Positions 31,562-43,230 are shown, counted from the stretch's first letter. The stretch: DNA of 64,000 nucleotides from Fibrobacterales bacterium (GCA_051532055.1 JAOPTX010000047.1:1-64000), one strand, 5' to 3'. Translations and numbers: made by a program. The notes: generated by a model from the letters alone, not told the origin.

Positions 31562-32800
31562 GTGCAAAAAAGTATCTTACAGACGATCAAGTTTTTATTG
31601 CTCCCTGCTATTATTACTTTAGGGGCAATAGTTGCAGCAATGAACTTAGATGGGCTTCCTGAATCGTTTTCTGGTATCCTAATATTACTTCCCTATATGG
31701 CTATAATATTTGGATTGGGAATCTCTTATAAATTCAATAGAGTAAAAGAGATATTTTACTTTCTCCATATGGGTATTGCATACTTCCTTTTTACAAGATA
31801 TTTTAGTCTGGATTCTGATGCTGAACCTATTGTAGCAGAGACCATTTTTCATGCAGTAACGGTATTCGTACCGCTGAATATATTGATTCTTTCATTTTTA
31901 AAAGAACGTCCCATTATTACTCCTGATGGTATTATCAGAATTTTTGTAATGATGCTCCAAGGGTTATTTACCTTTTGGATTATCTTCATTGAGAGTTATT
32001 ATACTGTTGGGCTTTTGAATATTAAGCATTTAAATGTGATGCAACTTTTTGCAGTATCTGAGCTCTCCTTTTTTACCTTGATTGCTGCACTTATTGTTAT
32101 GGGGGTTAAAACCTTTCGGTCCCGAAATTATGAGCAAATGGGGGCATTTTCTGCACTATTTCCGCTCTTCTTAGCATTTCTTGCCATTGATACTTATGGT
32201 GCTTTTTCACTTCTCATTACTGCATCTGCGTTATCACTTATTGTAGGTACTGTGTTTAACTCTTTCAATTTGGCCTATGTTGATGAACTTACCGGAATAT
32301 TGGGTCGCCGCGCTATGCGTGAGAAAATGGCTTCACTCACGGGTACATATACGATAGCTATGATAGATATTGATCACTTTAAAAACTTTAATGATACCTA
32401 TGGCCATGACGTTGGTGATGATGTGCTTCGAATGGTTGCAAATCAGATTGCTGCAGTAACAGGTGGAGGAAGGGCGTATCGGTATGGTGGAGAAGAGTTT
32501 ACTGTAGTGTTCCCGGGCAAAAGTATTCGCCAGACCTTAAAGCATTTGGAGCAGGTCCGAATAAATGTTTATAATTATAAGTTCTCCATTCGCAATAAAG
32601 TTCAACGTCCAATGAGTGGCCAAGAGGGTTCTAAAGCAAGAAAAATCCCACCACGATCTTCAACAATGGTGTCAGTAGCTATCAGTATCGGTGTGGCAGA
32701 AAAAGATTCTGATCATATTGAACCTGAAGACGTGCTCAAAGGTGCAGATAAAGCATTGTATCGTGCTAAAAATAATGGGCGCAATCAGCTCAGTCATTAG
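31562..32800 (+). CDS. Membrane diguanylate cyclase
   Basis: Multi-TM N-terminus; DELTG, DIDHFKNFNDTYGHDVGD, RYGGEEF intact; no RxxD I-site. Confidence 0.93.
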   Translation: MQKSILQTIKFLLLPAIITLGAIVAAMNLDGLPESFSGILILLPYMAIIFGLGISYKFNRVKEIFYFLHMGIAYFLFTRYFSLDSDAEPIVAETIFHAVTVFVPLNILILSFLKERPIITPDGIIRIFVMMLQGLFTFWIIFIESYYTVGLLNIKHLNVMQLFAVSELSFFTLIAALIVMGVKTFRSRNYEQMGAFSALFPLFLAFLAIDTYGAFSLLITASALSLIVGTVFNSFNLAYVDELTGILGRRAMREKMASLTGTYTIAMIDIDHFKNFNDTYGHDVGDDVLRMVANQIAAVTGGGRAYRYGGEEFTVVFPGKSIRQTLKHLEQVRINVYNYKFSIRNKVQRPMSGQEGSKARKIPPRSSTMVSVAISIGVAEKDSDHIEPEDVLKGADKALYRAKNNGRNQLSH

Positions 32801-32879
32801 GTACATTCGAAAGTATCACTCATGAGTGCAGGGCTGTATACTCTATTTTTAAAATAATCAATAGTGATTAGAGGGGGTA

Positions 32880-33143
32880 TTAGTCTTCGTAGAGAAGCCT
32901 GAATATTCGTCCAATTGCTTCTACTGCCTCGTGCTCATCAGGGCCATCAGCTTGAACGGTAAGGATGTCATTTTGTAATGCTTCGAGTTGCATTATATCT
33001 AATATGCTTTTTGCATCTGCAGTAAAATCATTCTTAGTTATAATAATAGAACAGACATGATTCAGTGCTTCTTGCGCGAGGAGGGCTGATGGACGGGCGT
33101 GTAGCCCCTTTGGGTTTTCCAAAGTAAAACTCGATTGATACAT
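32880..33143 (-). CDS. ptsH: HPr-family phosphocarrier
   Basis: GLHARP (His15) and DAKSI (Ser46) motifs. Confidence 0.88.
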   Translation of the reverse strand: MYQSSFTLENPKGLHARPSALLAQEALNHVCSIIITKNDFTADAKSILDIMQLEALQNDILTVQADGPDEHEAVEAIGRIFRLLYED

Positions 33144-33269
33144 TGTCCCCCCTTAAGGAAAGTACACTTGAGTTGTATAGAGACTGTAATTGTAAGAAAT
33201 TAACAGCTGATATGCGAGTTCGTTTGAGAAGTTAGACTCTTGAACTCTCTCTTTTTAGATACTTGAGTC

Positions 33270-35906
33270 TTATAGATAGCTTTCTTTAAGCTCCGCAACA
33301 AATTGTAATGCACCCATGGGAGTCATGTTGTTTAAGTCCGCTTTCGCAAGGTCATTAATGAGGAGTTTGTGATTTTCGGTCATTGGTTCTGGTTCAAAGA
33401 GATCTTGTTGTGGTTTCTCTTCAATATCAAATGATGCATCAAGAGGTACAGTACGTTTTGATTCGAGGCGGAGGAGAATTTTTTTGGCTCTCAGAATGAC
33501 ATTCTTAGGAACACCGGCCATACCAGCAACTTGAATACCGTAACTTGAATCACAGGGACCTTTCTTAATTTTTCTCAAAAAGAGAAGTGATCCTTGTTGT
33601 TCTTTAACCGAGATATGATAATTTTCAACCCGTTTCAGACTCTCTTCGAGGGAACTGAGTTCGTGGTAGTGTGTCGCAAAAAGGGTTTTACCAGCAATTG
33701 CTGGTTCATTGTGGAGCGTCTCTACAATAGCCCATGCTAATGAAAGCCCGTCAAAGGTGCTGGTACCTCGACCAATTTCATCGAGGAGTATGAGTGACTT
33801 TGCTGTAGCGTTATTGAGAATGTTAGCAGTTTCAATCATTTCTACCATAAATGTTGATTGACCTTTACTGAGTCGATCTGATGCGCCAACACGAGTAAAT
33901 ATTCTGTCACATATTCCTATTTCAGCCTTCTCGGCTGAAACGAACGAGCCAATTTGGGCAAGAAGTACAATGATCCCTGTTTGACGAAGGTAGGTAGATT
34001 TACCGGCCATATTGGGGCCGGTAATGAGCATAATTTGACGCCCTTTTGCATCCATGTCTACATCATTACGTATAAAAGTAATATCGGGGTTCATTTTGGT
34101 AATGACAGGATGCCAGCCACCATGAATATCGAGGTCAGTGCCTTCTTTAATAGAGGGGCGCATGAAGTTTTGTTTACGGGCAGCAAGTGCAAGTGAGTAC
34201 AGAGAATCTACAGAAGCGATATCATCAGCAACAGATCGAAGTTCACTGCACCAACCATTTGCTTCGTTTCTGAGTTCGGTAAAAATTTGATATTCAAGTT
34301 GATTTATCTGAGACTCAGCATTGAGAATTTTTGTCTCATATTCTTTCATCTCGGGAGTAATGAATCGTTCAGCATTTGCGAGTGTCTGCTTCCGAATGTA
34401 GGTATCTGGAATTTTATCAATATGCTGTTTGGTTGTTTCGAGGTAATACCCAAAAACTTTATTAAAGCCAACTTTAAGTGTTGGGATTTTTAGTCGTTCT
34501 TTTTCGCGTGCTTCTAGGCCGGCTAGCCATTCGCGCGCTTCACGAATTCCTTCATTGAGAGCATCAAGTTTTTCATTTGCACCTCGACAGATCATCTTAC
34601 CTTCACGAAGGGTGAGAGGGAGGTCGTCGTTGAGGAGATCGAGAATGTATTCTCCTTTATGCCCAAGCTCAGAAAGACTTTGCTGCAGATGAGCAAAAAT
34701 AGGACTTTTAAGGTCGTTGAGTATTGAACCAATATTGTCGGCTTTTAGGAGTGAGCGACCGAGTGCCTGGAGGTCACGAGCATTAGCTCTTCCTGAACCA
34801 ATGCGTCCAATAAGTCGTTCAATATCATTGATTTCTCGAAGTTCAAGTTTGAGGTCTTCTTGTAATATTTGACTCTCAAAAACTTCTTCTACCGCATCGA
34901 GTCGTTTATGAATAAGGTTTTTGTTTACGAGTGGGTGAGAGACCCAGTGTTTTAGTTTTCGACCACCCATTGCAGTAATAGTATTGTCCAGCACCGAGAT
35001 GAGAGTACTACTGGTGTCATCGTTGTTGAGTGGTTTTAATAGCTCAAGGTTGCGAATGGTGGGGCCATCGAGAACCATGTAATCTGCAAGGTGGTGTACT
35101 TCAATACGGTCGAGGTGATCTAATGAAGTCTTTTTAAGGTCAAGGGCATAGAGGAGTACAGCGCCGGCAGCAATCACAACCGATGCTGTTTTTTCTATAC
35201 CAAAGGATTCGAGGGTTTCAACTTTAAATTGTTTACAGAGCTCTGTATTAGCCTCTTCTATGGTAAAATAGGAGTCGGGAAGAATAGAAACGAGTACTTT
35301 GTCATTCTCTTTAAGGTCATCTACAAAGGGAAATTGGAGTGCGGTCTCTTCATTGACTAGTACTTCTTTAGCGCCGATTCGAAAAAGCTCATTTTCTATA
35401 TCTTTTGCAGTGCCTTCGGCAACAAAAAAAGTTCCGGTACTAATGTCGAGTGCAGCAAGTGAGCAGTTAACCGAAGGGTCTACACTCATGTAGATACCGA
35501 CAAGGTAGTTACTTGACTTAGCATCGAGGGTTGACTCGTTGAGGTTGGTTCCTGCGGTTATTACTTCTATAACGTCGCGCTTTACAATACCGACGGCGTC
35601 TTTGGGGTCTTCCATTTGTTCACAAATGGCGACTTTATGGCCTGCTTGAATCATTTTAGGAATGTATCGTTCAGCAGCGTGATACGGAAAGCCACAGAGT
35701 GGTGTTGGCTCTTTATCTTTACTGTTTCTGCTGGTAAGAGTGATACCAAGAATTTTAGCTGCAAAGATGGCATCTTCATTAAACAGTTCGTAAAAGTCAC
35801 CCATTCTATAAAAGAGAACACAGTCACTATAGTTTGCTTTAATATCTAAATACTGACGCATCATAGGCGTCAATTTTTTACTGGGTGCTTCCGCTGTTTT
35901 TGACAT
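33270..35906 (-). CDS. mutS: DNA mismatch repair protein MutS
   Basis: TPMMRQY, GDFYELF, TGPNMAGKSTY, STFMVEM, DEIGRGTST, ATHYHEL. Confidence 0.98.
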   Translation of the reverse strand: MSKTAEAPSKKLTPMMRQYLDIKANYSDCVLFYRMGDFYELFNEDAIFAAKILGITLTSRNSKDKEPTPLCGFPYHAAERYIPKMIQAGHKVAICEQMEDPKDAVGIVKRDVIEVITAGTNLNESTLDAKSSNYLVGIYMSVDPSVNCSLAALDISTGTFFVAEGTAKDIENELFRIGAKEVLVNEETALQFPFVDDLKENDKVLVSILPDSYFTIEEANTELCKQFKVETLESFGIEKTASVVIAAGAVLLYALDLKKTSLDHLDRIEVHHLADYMVLDGPTIRNLELLKPLNNDDTSSTLISVLDNTITAMGGRKLKHWVSHPLVNKNLIHKRLDAVEEVFESQILQEDLKLELREINDIERLIGRIGSGRANARDLQALGRSLLKADNIGSILNDLKSPIFAHLQQSLSELGHKGEYILDLLNDDLPLTLREGKMICRGANEKLDALNEGIREAREWLAGLEAREKERLKIPTLKVGFNKVFGYYLETTKQHIDKIPDTYIRKQTLANAERFITPEMKEYETKILNAESQINQLEYQIFTELRNEANGWCSELRSVADDIASVDSLYSLALAARKQNFMRPSIKEGTDLDIHGGWHPVITKMNPDITFIRNDVDMDAKGRQIMLITGPNMAGKSTYLRQTGIIVLLAQIGSFVSAEKAEIGICDRIFTRVGASDRLSKGQSTFMVEMIETANILNNATAKSLILLDEIGRGTSTFDGLSLAWAIVETLHNEPAIAGKTLFATHYHELSSLEESLKRVENYHISVKEQQGSLLFLRKIKKGPCDSSYGIQVAGMAGVPKNVILRAKKILLRLESKRTVPLDASFDIEEKPQQDLFEPEPMTENHKLLINDLAKADLNNMTPMGALQFVAELKESYL

Positions 35907-36631
35907 TATTTTTCCTGAGATCTGTTCAGAATAGAGAGCTGGTTAGGATCAGCCTCTGAGTTCTCTTCCTCATCAATAAAGGGGCGAGGTTTGGTATCCA
36001 TTTGCGGTAAGAGGAGATCAGAATTGATAATCTCATCGAGTTCATGCAATTTGGGAAGGTCATCACTAATACTGTTAATGTTAAAGTATTTCAAAAACTC
36101 ATCAGTCGTAACATATTGAAATGCGCCACCAATTGAGGTTGATCTACCGCTCATTACTACAAGTTTTTTCTCGAGCAGCATCTTAAGTGGTGCATCACAT
36201 GACTGAACGCCACGAACGGACTCAATCTCGGCTTTAGTGATAGGTTGTTTGTAGGCAATGATAGAGAGAGTTTCGAGAGCAGCTCGTGATATTTTTTTGT
36301 AACTACTGGTTTCGTTGAAAAGTTTTTTTACCCAAGGAAAGTATTTTACTTTAGTTCTAAAACGAAATCCCTTTGCTTGCTCAATCATCTCAAAGGGGCT
36401 TTCAATTGATGAGAGCTTTTCATTAATAAGAACCATGCATTCGCGGAGATATTTAGCATCAATAAATTCGCCAATGATCTCTCTAAATTTTTTAATAGGG
36501 ATAGTATCACTTGCGGCAAATACAAGCGCCTGAACTACATCAGCGACTTCTTCAATATCTTGGAGCTCAATATTGTGGGCAGGAGCATTTTGCTCTTCGG
36601 TCTCATGATTAGTGTCAGTGCTTTGGTCCAT
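35906..36631 (-). CDS. scpB: SMC-Scp complex subunit ScpB
   Basis: SRAALETLSIIAYKQPITKAEIESVRGV, TTDEFLKYF, DLP. Confidence 0.93.
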   Translation of the reverse strand: MDQSTDTNHETEEQNAPAHNIELQDIEEVADVVQALVFAASDTIPIKKFREIIGEFIDAKYLRECMVLINEKLSSIESPFEMIEQAKGFRFRTKVKYFPWVKKLFNETSSYKKISRAALETLSIIAYKQPITKAEIESVRGVQSCDAPLKMLLEKKLVVMSGRSTSIGGAFQYVTTDEFLKYFNINSISDDLPKLHELDEIINSDLLLPQMDTKPRPFIDEEENSEADPNQLSILNRSQEK

Positions 36632-36918
36632 TAACTACCTGATTTTGTGTATCTTACAGCAATATGATTGAGAAGGGAAATATAGTTTATCGCTGAAAAA
36701 ATAGGAGATTGAATCTTTTTTGCATGGGGGATCATGGTACAATATGGTTCCCGTAGCAATGGAGAAAGTAGAGTAGGCAAAAAGAGTGAACGTATGTGCA
36801 CTAAAAGATTATAAGACTCTCTTTTTAAATAAAATCTGAAGAGTTTTACGTTATTTTTCACATGTACTCACTTCATAATAAATTATTATTTCTGTATGAG
36901 TAACAGTGATGGTTCTTT

Positions 36919-37446
36919 ATGAATAAAATAACAATAAGTATAGCATTTGTTTCATGGCTTTTTATGAGTTGTGCGCTTCAAAAAAGTGGCCCAGTTGTTA
37001 AAATAGGGTATGTTGACACACAAATGATTATTGAAAACTATAGTCAAGCTGAAAAAGTCCGAAGGGCTATGAAGCTCAACACTCAAAATGCTCAAAATGA
37101 GGTAGATAAACTTCTTGGTTTGGCAAATCAAAAACTAGAAATCTATAAGAAAGAACTCGGAGGGGCGCAAAATACCAAAAACGAGAAACGGGTAACTGAA
37201 CTTAAAGAGTTGATACAGATGACTGCAGCAACTTTTGAAAATCAGAAAACAATGCTCCAAGAAAAACTTTCAATTACGAATGAGAATATATCACAGGATG
37301 TTCTCAAAAGAATCAATGAATATATTGATGAATATGCTCAAAAACAGGGGTATACTGTTGTAATTGAGAAAAACGCTGGCATTCTCTATCATGATGTCAC
37401 TATCAGTATCACCCAAGAAATATTACAAGGCTTAAACAGTAAGTAA
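36919..37446 (+). CDS. OmpH/Skp family chaperone
   Basis: KIGYVDTQ, coiled-coil body, YAQKQGYTVVI, SITQEIL. Confidence 0.88.
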   Translation: MNKITISIAFVSWLFMSCALQKSGPVVKIGYVDTQMIIENYSQAEKVRRAMKLNTQNAQNEVDKLLGLANQKLEIYKKELGGAQNTKNEKRVTELKELIQMTAATFENQKTMLQEKLSITNENISQDVLKRINEYIDEYAQKQGYTVVIEKNAGILYHDVTISITQEILQGLNSK

Positions 37447-37574
37447 TCTCAATAGTTTCTGTATAGGATAAAAAGCGAAAAACTGTTACAACTCGGTACT
37501 GTCATCGTTAAATTCTGGATATACAGTACAAAATACGATATACTCTATTGATACTGTTAATTAGGTAATAGGTA

Positions 37575-38924
37575 ATGTCAGGGGTGACCGAAGAGGTTCA
37601 ACAGGTCTTACATAATGCGAGTCGAACATGGGGGACTGAGTTTTTTAATGCTATTACCAAAAATCTTGGTGTCATTATAAAAGCAGACTACCTCTTTATT
37701 GGTAAAGTAAATTGTGACGCGAGTGGGGTTGATACCATTGGTCTGTGGGGTAAGGGGGCGCATCAACATGATTTTTATTATGACCTTGAAGGTACCCCTT
37801 GCAAAGATGTATCTGATGACTCTATCTGTTGTTACCTTAATGATGTTACCAAATTGTACCCTAAAGACACACTTCTTATAGAAATGAATATTGAAGGGTA
37901 TGTGGGGACTCCCCTGAAAAATTCTCGCGGTGAAGTATTTGCACTTCTTGTTGCTCTTTTTGAATCTCCCATTACAGAGCGAGAGCATATTCTTACACTA
38001 TTTGAGCTCTTTGCTGGTAGAGTGTCTGCAGAGCTTGAACGAGAAGAGAGGGAACGTCAATTAAAAGAGTTAAATGATGTGCTTGAACATACTATAGAAG
38101 AAAGGACTCATGAACTTTCTGAGAAAAATAATGCACTTGAAAAGGTGCTACATGAGGTAGAAGAAGCACGAGAGACTTTAATTGAAAATGAAAAACTTGC
38201 CACACTTGGGTCACTCGTTGCGGGGATAGCTCATGAAGTGAATACTCCTTTAGGCGTTGCATTGACCGCCTCGACAGGGCTTCATATAGAGTATGAAAGA
38301 TTAAAAAGTTTATTTGATGACAGTATACTCAAAAAATCTGACATGCATCTATTTCTAGATAGTGCAGATCAGGCATTTGGTATTCTCGAGAGAAACCTTG
38401 AGAGAAGTGCTGAAATTATACGAAACTTTAAAAAGATATCTGCTGATCAAGGCTCCGGAGAAGAACGTACTATTAATTTAAAAGAGTATGTTGATGAAAT
38501 TCTCCAAAGCTTAAAACCTGCCATTAAGAAAACTAATATTACTTTTAATAATAAGCTTCCTCAGGGTATTCTCTTAAACACATCTGTTGGAGCAATCTAT
38601 CAAGTCTTCTCTAACTTGTGTATGAATGTAATCCACAATGGCTATAGTGAAAATCAAAAAGGCTGGGTATTTATTGAGGGGGCTATTGAAAATAGTGTTG
38701 TAGTAATAACCGTTAGTAATGGTGGAGCTCCAATTTCAGAATCTCTTGTAGATACCTTATTTGATCCCTTCATAACCTCGCGTAGAGGACGTGGTGGCAC
38801 AGGTCTTGGACTTCATATTGTAAAAAATGTTGTTAATTCAGTACTCAAAGGAAGTATAGAATTAACATGTTCTCAAACACCGGTAACTTTTACCATAACC
38901 ATACCTGGAGTATTGGATGAGTGA
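37575..38924 (+). CDS. GAF-domain sensor histidine kinase
   Basis: GTPC GAF motif; EKLATLGSLVAGIAHEVNTP H-box; [11 protein letters not shown]. Confidence 0.92.
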   Translation: MSGVTEEVQQVLHNASRTWGTEFFNAITKNLGVIIKADYLFIGKVNCDASGVDTIGLWGKGAHQHDFYYDLEGTPCKDVSDDSICCYLNDVTKLYPKDTLLIEMNIEGYVGTPLKNSRGEVFALLVALFESPITEREHILTLFELFAGRVSAELEREERERQLKELNDVLEHTIEERTHELSEKNNALEKVLHEVEEARETLIENEKLATLGSLVAGIAHEVNTPLGVALTASTGLHIEYERLKSLFDDSILKKSDMHLFLDSADQAFGILERNLERSAEIIRNFKKISADQGSGEERTINLKEYVDEILQSLKPAIKKTNITFNNKLPQGILLNTSVGAIYQVFSNLCMNVIHNGYSENQKGWVFIEGAIENSVVVITVSNGGAPISESLVDTLFDPFITSRRGRGGTGLGLHIVKNVVNSVLKGSIELTCSQTPVTFTITIPGVLDE

Positions 38925-40443
38925 TTTGCTCATATTTGCAGAAGAGGAAGAGGCTCAACAAAGTGAATTAGGGCCTCCGTGGCGTATTCTGCTCGTTGAT
39001 GATGATAAGGAAGTACATGATGTCACCCGATTTGTTTTAAAGAGTAAAAAACTTTTTAATCGACCTATTGAAATTATTAGTGTCTATAGTTTTTTAGAGG
39101 CAAAAGACCTTTTGATGCATGATGATGACTTTGCACTTGCTTATATTGATGTCGTGATGGAGACTGATGATGCCGGGTTACAATTAATTGAATTCATTAG
39201 AAATGATCTTAAAAATAGTATGATGCGTTTGACTATTCGTACTGGGCAACCAGGAGTGGCACCAGAAGAGGATGTTATAACGCGCTTTGATATTAATGAC
39301 TATAGAGAAAAAACTGATATGAATGCGAGACGTCTCTTTAGCTCAACCTATACTGCACTTCGTTCTTATAGAGAAATAATAGCTCTTAATGAAAACAGAA
39401 AAGGTCTTAAAAAAGTAATAGAGTCTTCGGGGACGATTCATGGCATCCAACGATTGGGTGAGTTTGGCTCGGGTGTATTAGATCAGCTTGCAAATATTCT
39501 CTTTAGTGATAATGGTCATGGGGTAAACTGTGGTGGTGTTGCTGTATTTAAAAGTGATAAGGGGTTTGACGTAATTGCGCGTACTGGTGAATATGGGAAT
39601 ACAGGAGAAAGTATTGTTGAACTGGGGAAGAGCGTTGTCGAAAGAATAACAACGGTCTATCAAAGTAGAACGACGATGATTGGTGATGATTATTATGCAG
39701 GGTATTTTACGGGGCATGGAGGCACAGAATATGTACTTTACATGCATGGGCAAACAATCGGGATTTCTTTTGATGATGAATTACTAGAACTCTTTTGTAA
39801 TAATGTGAGTGTGGCTCGTGAAAATAATGAATTAAAAACTCACATGGATGTGACTCAAAAGGAGATTGTTTATCTGCTTGGTGAAGCAGTTGAAAGAAGA
39901 TCAGAAGAAACAGGTAATCATGTTCGAAGGGTCGCTCACTATTCAAGACTTCTTGCAACTCTTCGTGGGCTATCATCTGAGCAGTGCGAAGAAATCTATA
40001 TGGCTTCTCCACTCCATGACCTTGGTAAAATAGCTATTCCTGATGCAGTATTAAATAAACCAGGTAAGCTTGATGCTGAAGAATGGTTAGTGATGCAGAA
40101 GCATGCTGAGTATGGACACGAGATGTTAAGAGATAGTAATAATATAACCCTTAAAGCTGCAGCGGTTATAGCCTATCATCATCATGAAAAATGGAATGGA
40201 AAAGGGTACCCTCAACAATTATCGGGTGAAGAAATTCATATGTACGGCAGAATTACTGCTCTTGCAGATGTGTTTGATGCTTTGGGTTCCGATAGATGTT
40301 ACAAAGATGCCTGGCCGTTAGATGCTGTCCTTAAGCTGATACGGAATGAAAAGGGAGAGCATTTTGATCCAGATCTCGTTGATCTTTTTCTAGATAACAT
40401 CGACGACTTTATTGATATTCGTGACCGTTATTCAGATGTGTGA
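38917..40443 (+). CDS. Response regulator (REC, DUF3369-like, HD-GYP phosphodiesterase)
   Basis: VDDD, IDVVMETDDAG, RTGQPG; ETGNHVRRV, LHDLGK, HHEKWNGKGYP. Confidence 0.93.
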   Translation: MSDLLIFAEEEEAQQSELGPPWRILLVDDDKEVHDVTRFVLKSKKLFNRPIEIISVYSFLEAKDLLMHDDDFALAYIDVVMETDDAGLQLIEFIRNDLKNSMMRLTIRTGQPGVAPEEDVITRFDINDYREKTDMNARRLFSSTYTALRSYREIIALNENRKGLKKVIESSGTIHGIQRLGEFGSGVLDQLANILFSDNGHGVNCGGVAVFKSDKGFDVIARTGEYGNTGESIVELGKSVVERITTVYQSRTTMIGDDYYAGYFTGHGGTEYVLYMHGQTIGISFDDELLELFCNNVSVARENNELKTHMDVTQKEIVYLLGEAVERRSEETGNHVRRVAHYSRLLATLRGLSSEQCEEIYMASPLHDLGKIAIPDAVLNKPGKLDAEEWLVMQKHAEYGHEMLRDSNNITLKAAAVIAYHHHEKWNGKGYPQQLSGEEIHMYGRITALADVFDALGSDRCYKDAWPLDAVLKLIRNEKGEHFDPDLVDLFLDNIDDFIDIRDRYSDV

Positions 40444-40478
40444 TATGAGAGACTCCCTCATGAAAAAGGTTTACAGAG

Positions 40479-41318
40479 ATGAATGAACAATCAATAGATA
40501 TAGCTTTCCTTGACTTTTTAGCGGGTGATGAGAAAAATGTACCCCTCGAGCGAAGAGGGTTAAATGTCATTATCTTTGCTGCCGGTATACTTTGTACCGT
40601 ATTGGTCCTTGAGGCAATTGTATTGCAATGGGAAGGGGTAACGCTAGGAATCACTTTATGGATGTCATTTATGCTTTGGACTCTCTACTATATTGCTCGA
40701 ACTACCAAACAGAATAGCTGGTTGGCATGGGTTTATCTGGGAGTACATGCAAGTGGAATTCTTGTAGACTGGTTTTTAGTGGCGGGTAATGTTGGTATTG
40801 CACCTATGGTATTCGTTGGTTTTGCTGTTTTGGTGCCTATCATCACAAAGCGGACTCAGTTATTAAAGGGGGTTATCTTGCTGGTGGCAGTATATACTTC
40901 ACTTTTTTTGGGAACAATAGTTTTTGATGTTGTGGGGCATAAAGCAACAGATGTTATGCATGTACAAGAAACGCTTATTGAAATGGGAATGGTTGCCACA
41001 TGTATGTTTGTAGTAACTTTTGTGGCAATTCAGTCCTATCGATCTGCTCATTTGCGTAGCTATACTCTTAACTATGACCTTGAATTGAAGAATTTACAGC
41101 TTCAAAAAGCAGTAGACGAAATTAAAACTCTGCAGGGAATAATTCCTATCTGTTCGTGTTGTAAAAAAATTAGATCTGAAGGTGGTGCTTGGGATCAAAT
41201 TGAACATTACATTTCTAAACATAGTGATGCTTCATTCTCCCATGGAGTCTGTCCTGATTGCTTAAAGAGTGAATATCCTCATATTCATGAACGCATGGAG
41301 AAGAAAGGAAAAGTATAA
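40479..41318 (+). CDS. Multi-TM protein with C-terminal Cys-rich (IPICxxCKKIR...HGxCPxC) domain
   Basis: Hydrophobic helices, coiled coil, then LQGIIPICSCCKKIR...FSHGVCPDC. Confidence 0.8.
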   Translation: MNEQSIDIAFLDFLAGDEKNVPLERRGLNVIIFAAGILCTVLVLEAIVLQWEGVTLGITLWMSFMLWTLYYIARTTKQNSWLAWVYLGVHASGILVDWFLVAGNVGIAPMVFVGFAVLVPIITKRTQLLKGVILLVAVYTSLFLGTIVFDVVGHKATDVMHVQETLIEMGMVATCMFVVTFVAIQSYRSAHLRSYTLNYDLELKNLQLQKAVDEIKTLQGIIPICSCCKKIRSEGGAWDQIEHYISKHSDASFSHGVCPDCLKSEYPHIHERMEKKGKV

Positions 41319-41319
41319 T

Positions 41320-43086
41320 TTATGTTTCTTTTCGCTTATACCATATAGAAATGGCTTCTTGTACTCTCGATTTTTGTATTGGTTTTGAAATATAGCTATT
41401 CATTCCTGCTGTGAGACATGCGTCACGGTCTTCTTTCATAGCATTGGCAGTCATGGCGACTATGGGAATCGATTGGTCAATTTCACCGTGAGTACCGGAA
41501 CGAATAACTCGTGTTGTTTCGAGACCTCCAAGAACCGGCATTTGCATATCCATAAATACCAATTCAAAGCTTCGTTGTTTGAGAATAGAGAGGGCGACTG
41601 CACCATTTTCTGCCGGGGTTACTGTGTGCCCAAGTTTATTGAGAAGCTTTGTTATAACCCTTAAGTTCATGCTATTGTCCTCAACTACAAGTATGTCAAT
41701 ATTTGGAGTGTTAATATCACAAGTGGGGAGTTCTTCCTCAGGGGCAATGGCTTTATTTTCAGGTATGGTACAATGCATAGTGAACCAAAACGTTGAGCCG
41801 GAGCCTACATCGCTATACAGACCTATGTCACCATCCATCAGTTTTGCAAGCTGTTTGGATATTGAGAGTCCAAGGCCGGTCCCCCCAAATTGCCTGGTTA
41901 TGGAGTTGTCGGCTTGGCTAAAATTTTCGAAAAGATGTATTTGTTTATCTAAGGGGATACCGATGCCCGTATCTTCAACGGAAAACTTTATATAGATACT
42001 ATTTGAAGTCTCTTCAATCATAGCGCATTGAAGCTTTACTGAACCCTTAGGGGTAAATTTAATAGCATTTCCAATTAAGTTTGTAAGGACCTGATGAATG
42101 CGAACCGGGTCCCCTGTAACAATCCGAGGAATGTCTTTTGAAATACCCTGAAGGTATTGGAGACCCTTTTCTTCACACCGCAAAATATTAATTATTGAGA
42201 GATTGCTGAGGAGTGAATGGAGGTCAAAATTTATCTGTTCAACATCGAGTTTGCCTGCTTCAATTTTTGAAAAATCCAATATGTCATTGATGATGGTGAG
42301 TAAGTTGTTTCCGCTGTCTCGGACGGCCTCGACTAGTTCGCGCTGTTCATCATCTAGGCTGGTATCGAGGAGTAATCGATTCATTCCAATAACACCATTC
42401 ATAGGAGTGCGAATCTCATGACTCATGTTAGCGAGAAACTCGCCTTTGGCATTTTTTGCTGCGGTCGCTTGATGTTTTGCAATAGTGAGGGCGTTTATTG
42501 ATTCATCATATTGGTTATAAAACACTGATATGAGGCCAGTCATTAAAAATAATGCTCCTAAAATATTGCCTGCAAAGAATAATTTATAGGATATGGAATC
42601 AATGGTGAAAGGGAGGTTGTATAAGGTTGGGTACCCTAAACTCTCATAGAGCAAGACGAGTACTATCAAGAAACAAGTTATGGCAGTATAGAGTTGACTC
42701 TCTTTTCTGCTGAGTAGTGTATAGACACTCAGCACCATTACGGCACACCAAATCATAATGGGAGAAGTGATACCGCCTGATGTTAAAATTATAGGTAGGA
42801 GCGCTATAGCTGTTGTAAAAGAGATGATTCTACCAGCGAGATTGAAGTTGTGAAAATAATGAATACTAAAGAGGCCAAGGAGCCCTGTTACAAACCCTAG
42901 AATTGAAGCTCCCATAGCGATGTAATTATTCCAAAAGAGATAGATAAATATAAAAGGAAACCAACCAGCAGCAATGCCAAGTTGAAATGTGTAAATCATG
43001 CGCTGTTGCTGGTATTCCACAGTATGTTTGGGAACCGTCGCATGGTTCTCTGAGAAAGAGAACATGTCTAACAATTGGTTTATCAT
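41320..43086 (-). CDS. Hybrid sensor histidine kinase/response regulator
   Basis: [36 protein letters not shown] with MDMQMP. Confidence 0.95.
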   Translation of the reverse strand: MINQLLDMFSFSENHATVPKHTVEYQQQRMIYTFQLGIAAGWFPFIFIYLFWNNYIAMGASILGFVTGLLGLFSIHYFHNFNLAGRIISFTTAIALLPIILTSGGITSPIMIWCAVMVLSVYTLLSRKESQLYTAITCFLIVLVLLYESLGYPTLYNLPFTIDSISYKLFFAGNILGALFLMTGLISVFYNQYDESINALTIAKHQATAAKNAKGEFLANMSHEIRTPMNGVIGMNRLLLDTSLDDEQRELVEAVRDSGNNLLTIINDILDFSKIEAGKLDVEQINFDLHSLLSNLSIINILRCEEKGLQYLQGISKDIPRIVTGDPVRIHQVLTNLIGNAIKFTPKGSVKLQCAMIEETSNSIYIKFSVEDTGIGIPLDKQIHLFENFSQADNSITRQFGGTGLGLSISKQLAKLMDGDIGLYSDVGSGSTFWFTMHCTIPENKAIAPEEELPTCDINTPNIDILVVEDNSMNLRVITKLLNKLGHTVTPAENGAVALSILKQRSFELVFMDMQMPVLGGLETTRVIRSGTHGEIDQSIPIVAMTANAMKEDRDACLTAGMNSYISKPIQKSRVQEAISIWYKRKET

Positions 43087-43230
43087 AGCCTACCTTCGGT
43101 TAATTGTACCGAAATTATGTGCGGTAAGCCATGTTTAAGAATGGAATATCGGGGTAATGACAGAAAACAGAGTCCTGTAATGGGTGTTCTAACTATTCAC
43201 CTGTATGTTGCTATTTATTCATATTTACAA

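Noticed and set aside
36631..36861. 76-aa ORF upstream of scpB as scpA
   Set aside because: Too short, no ScpA motifs; probably divergent promoter DNA
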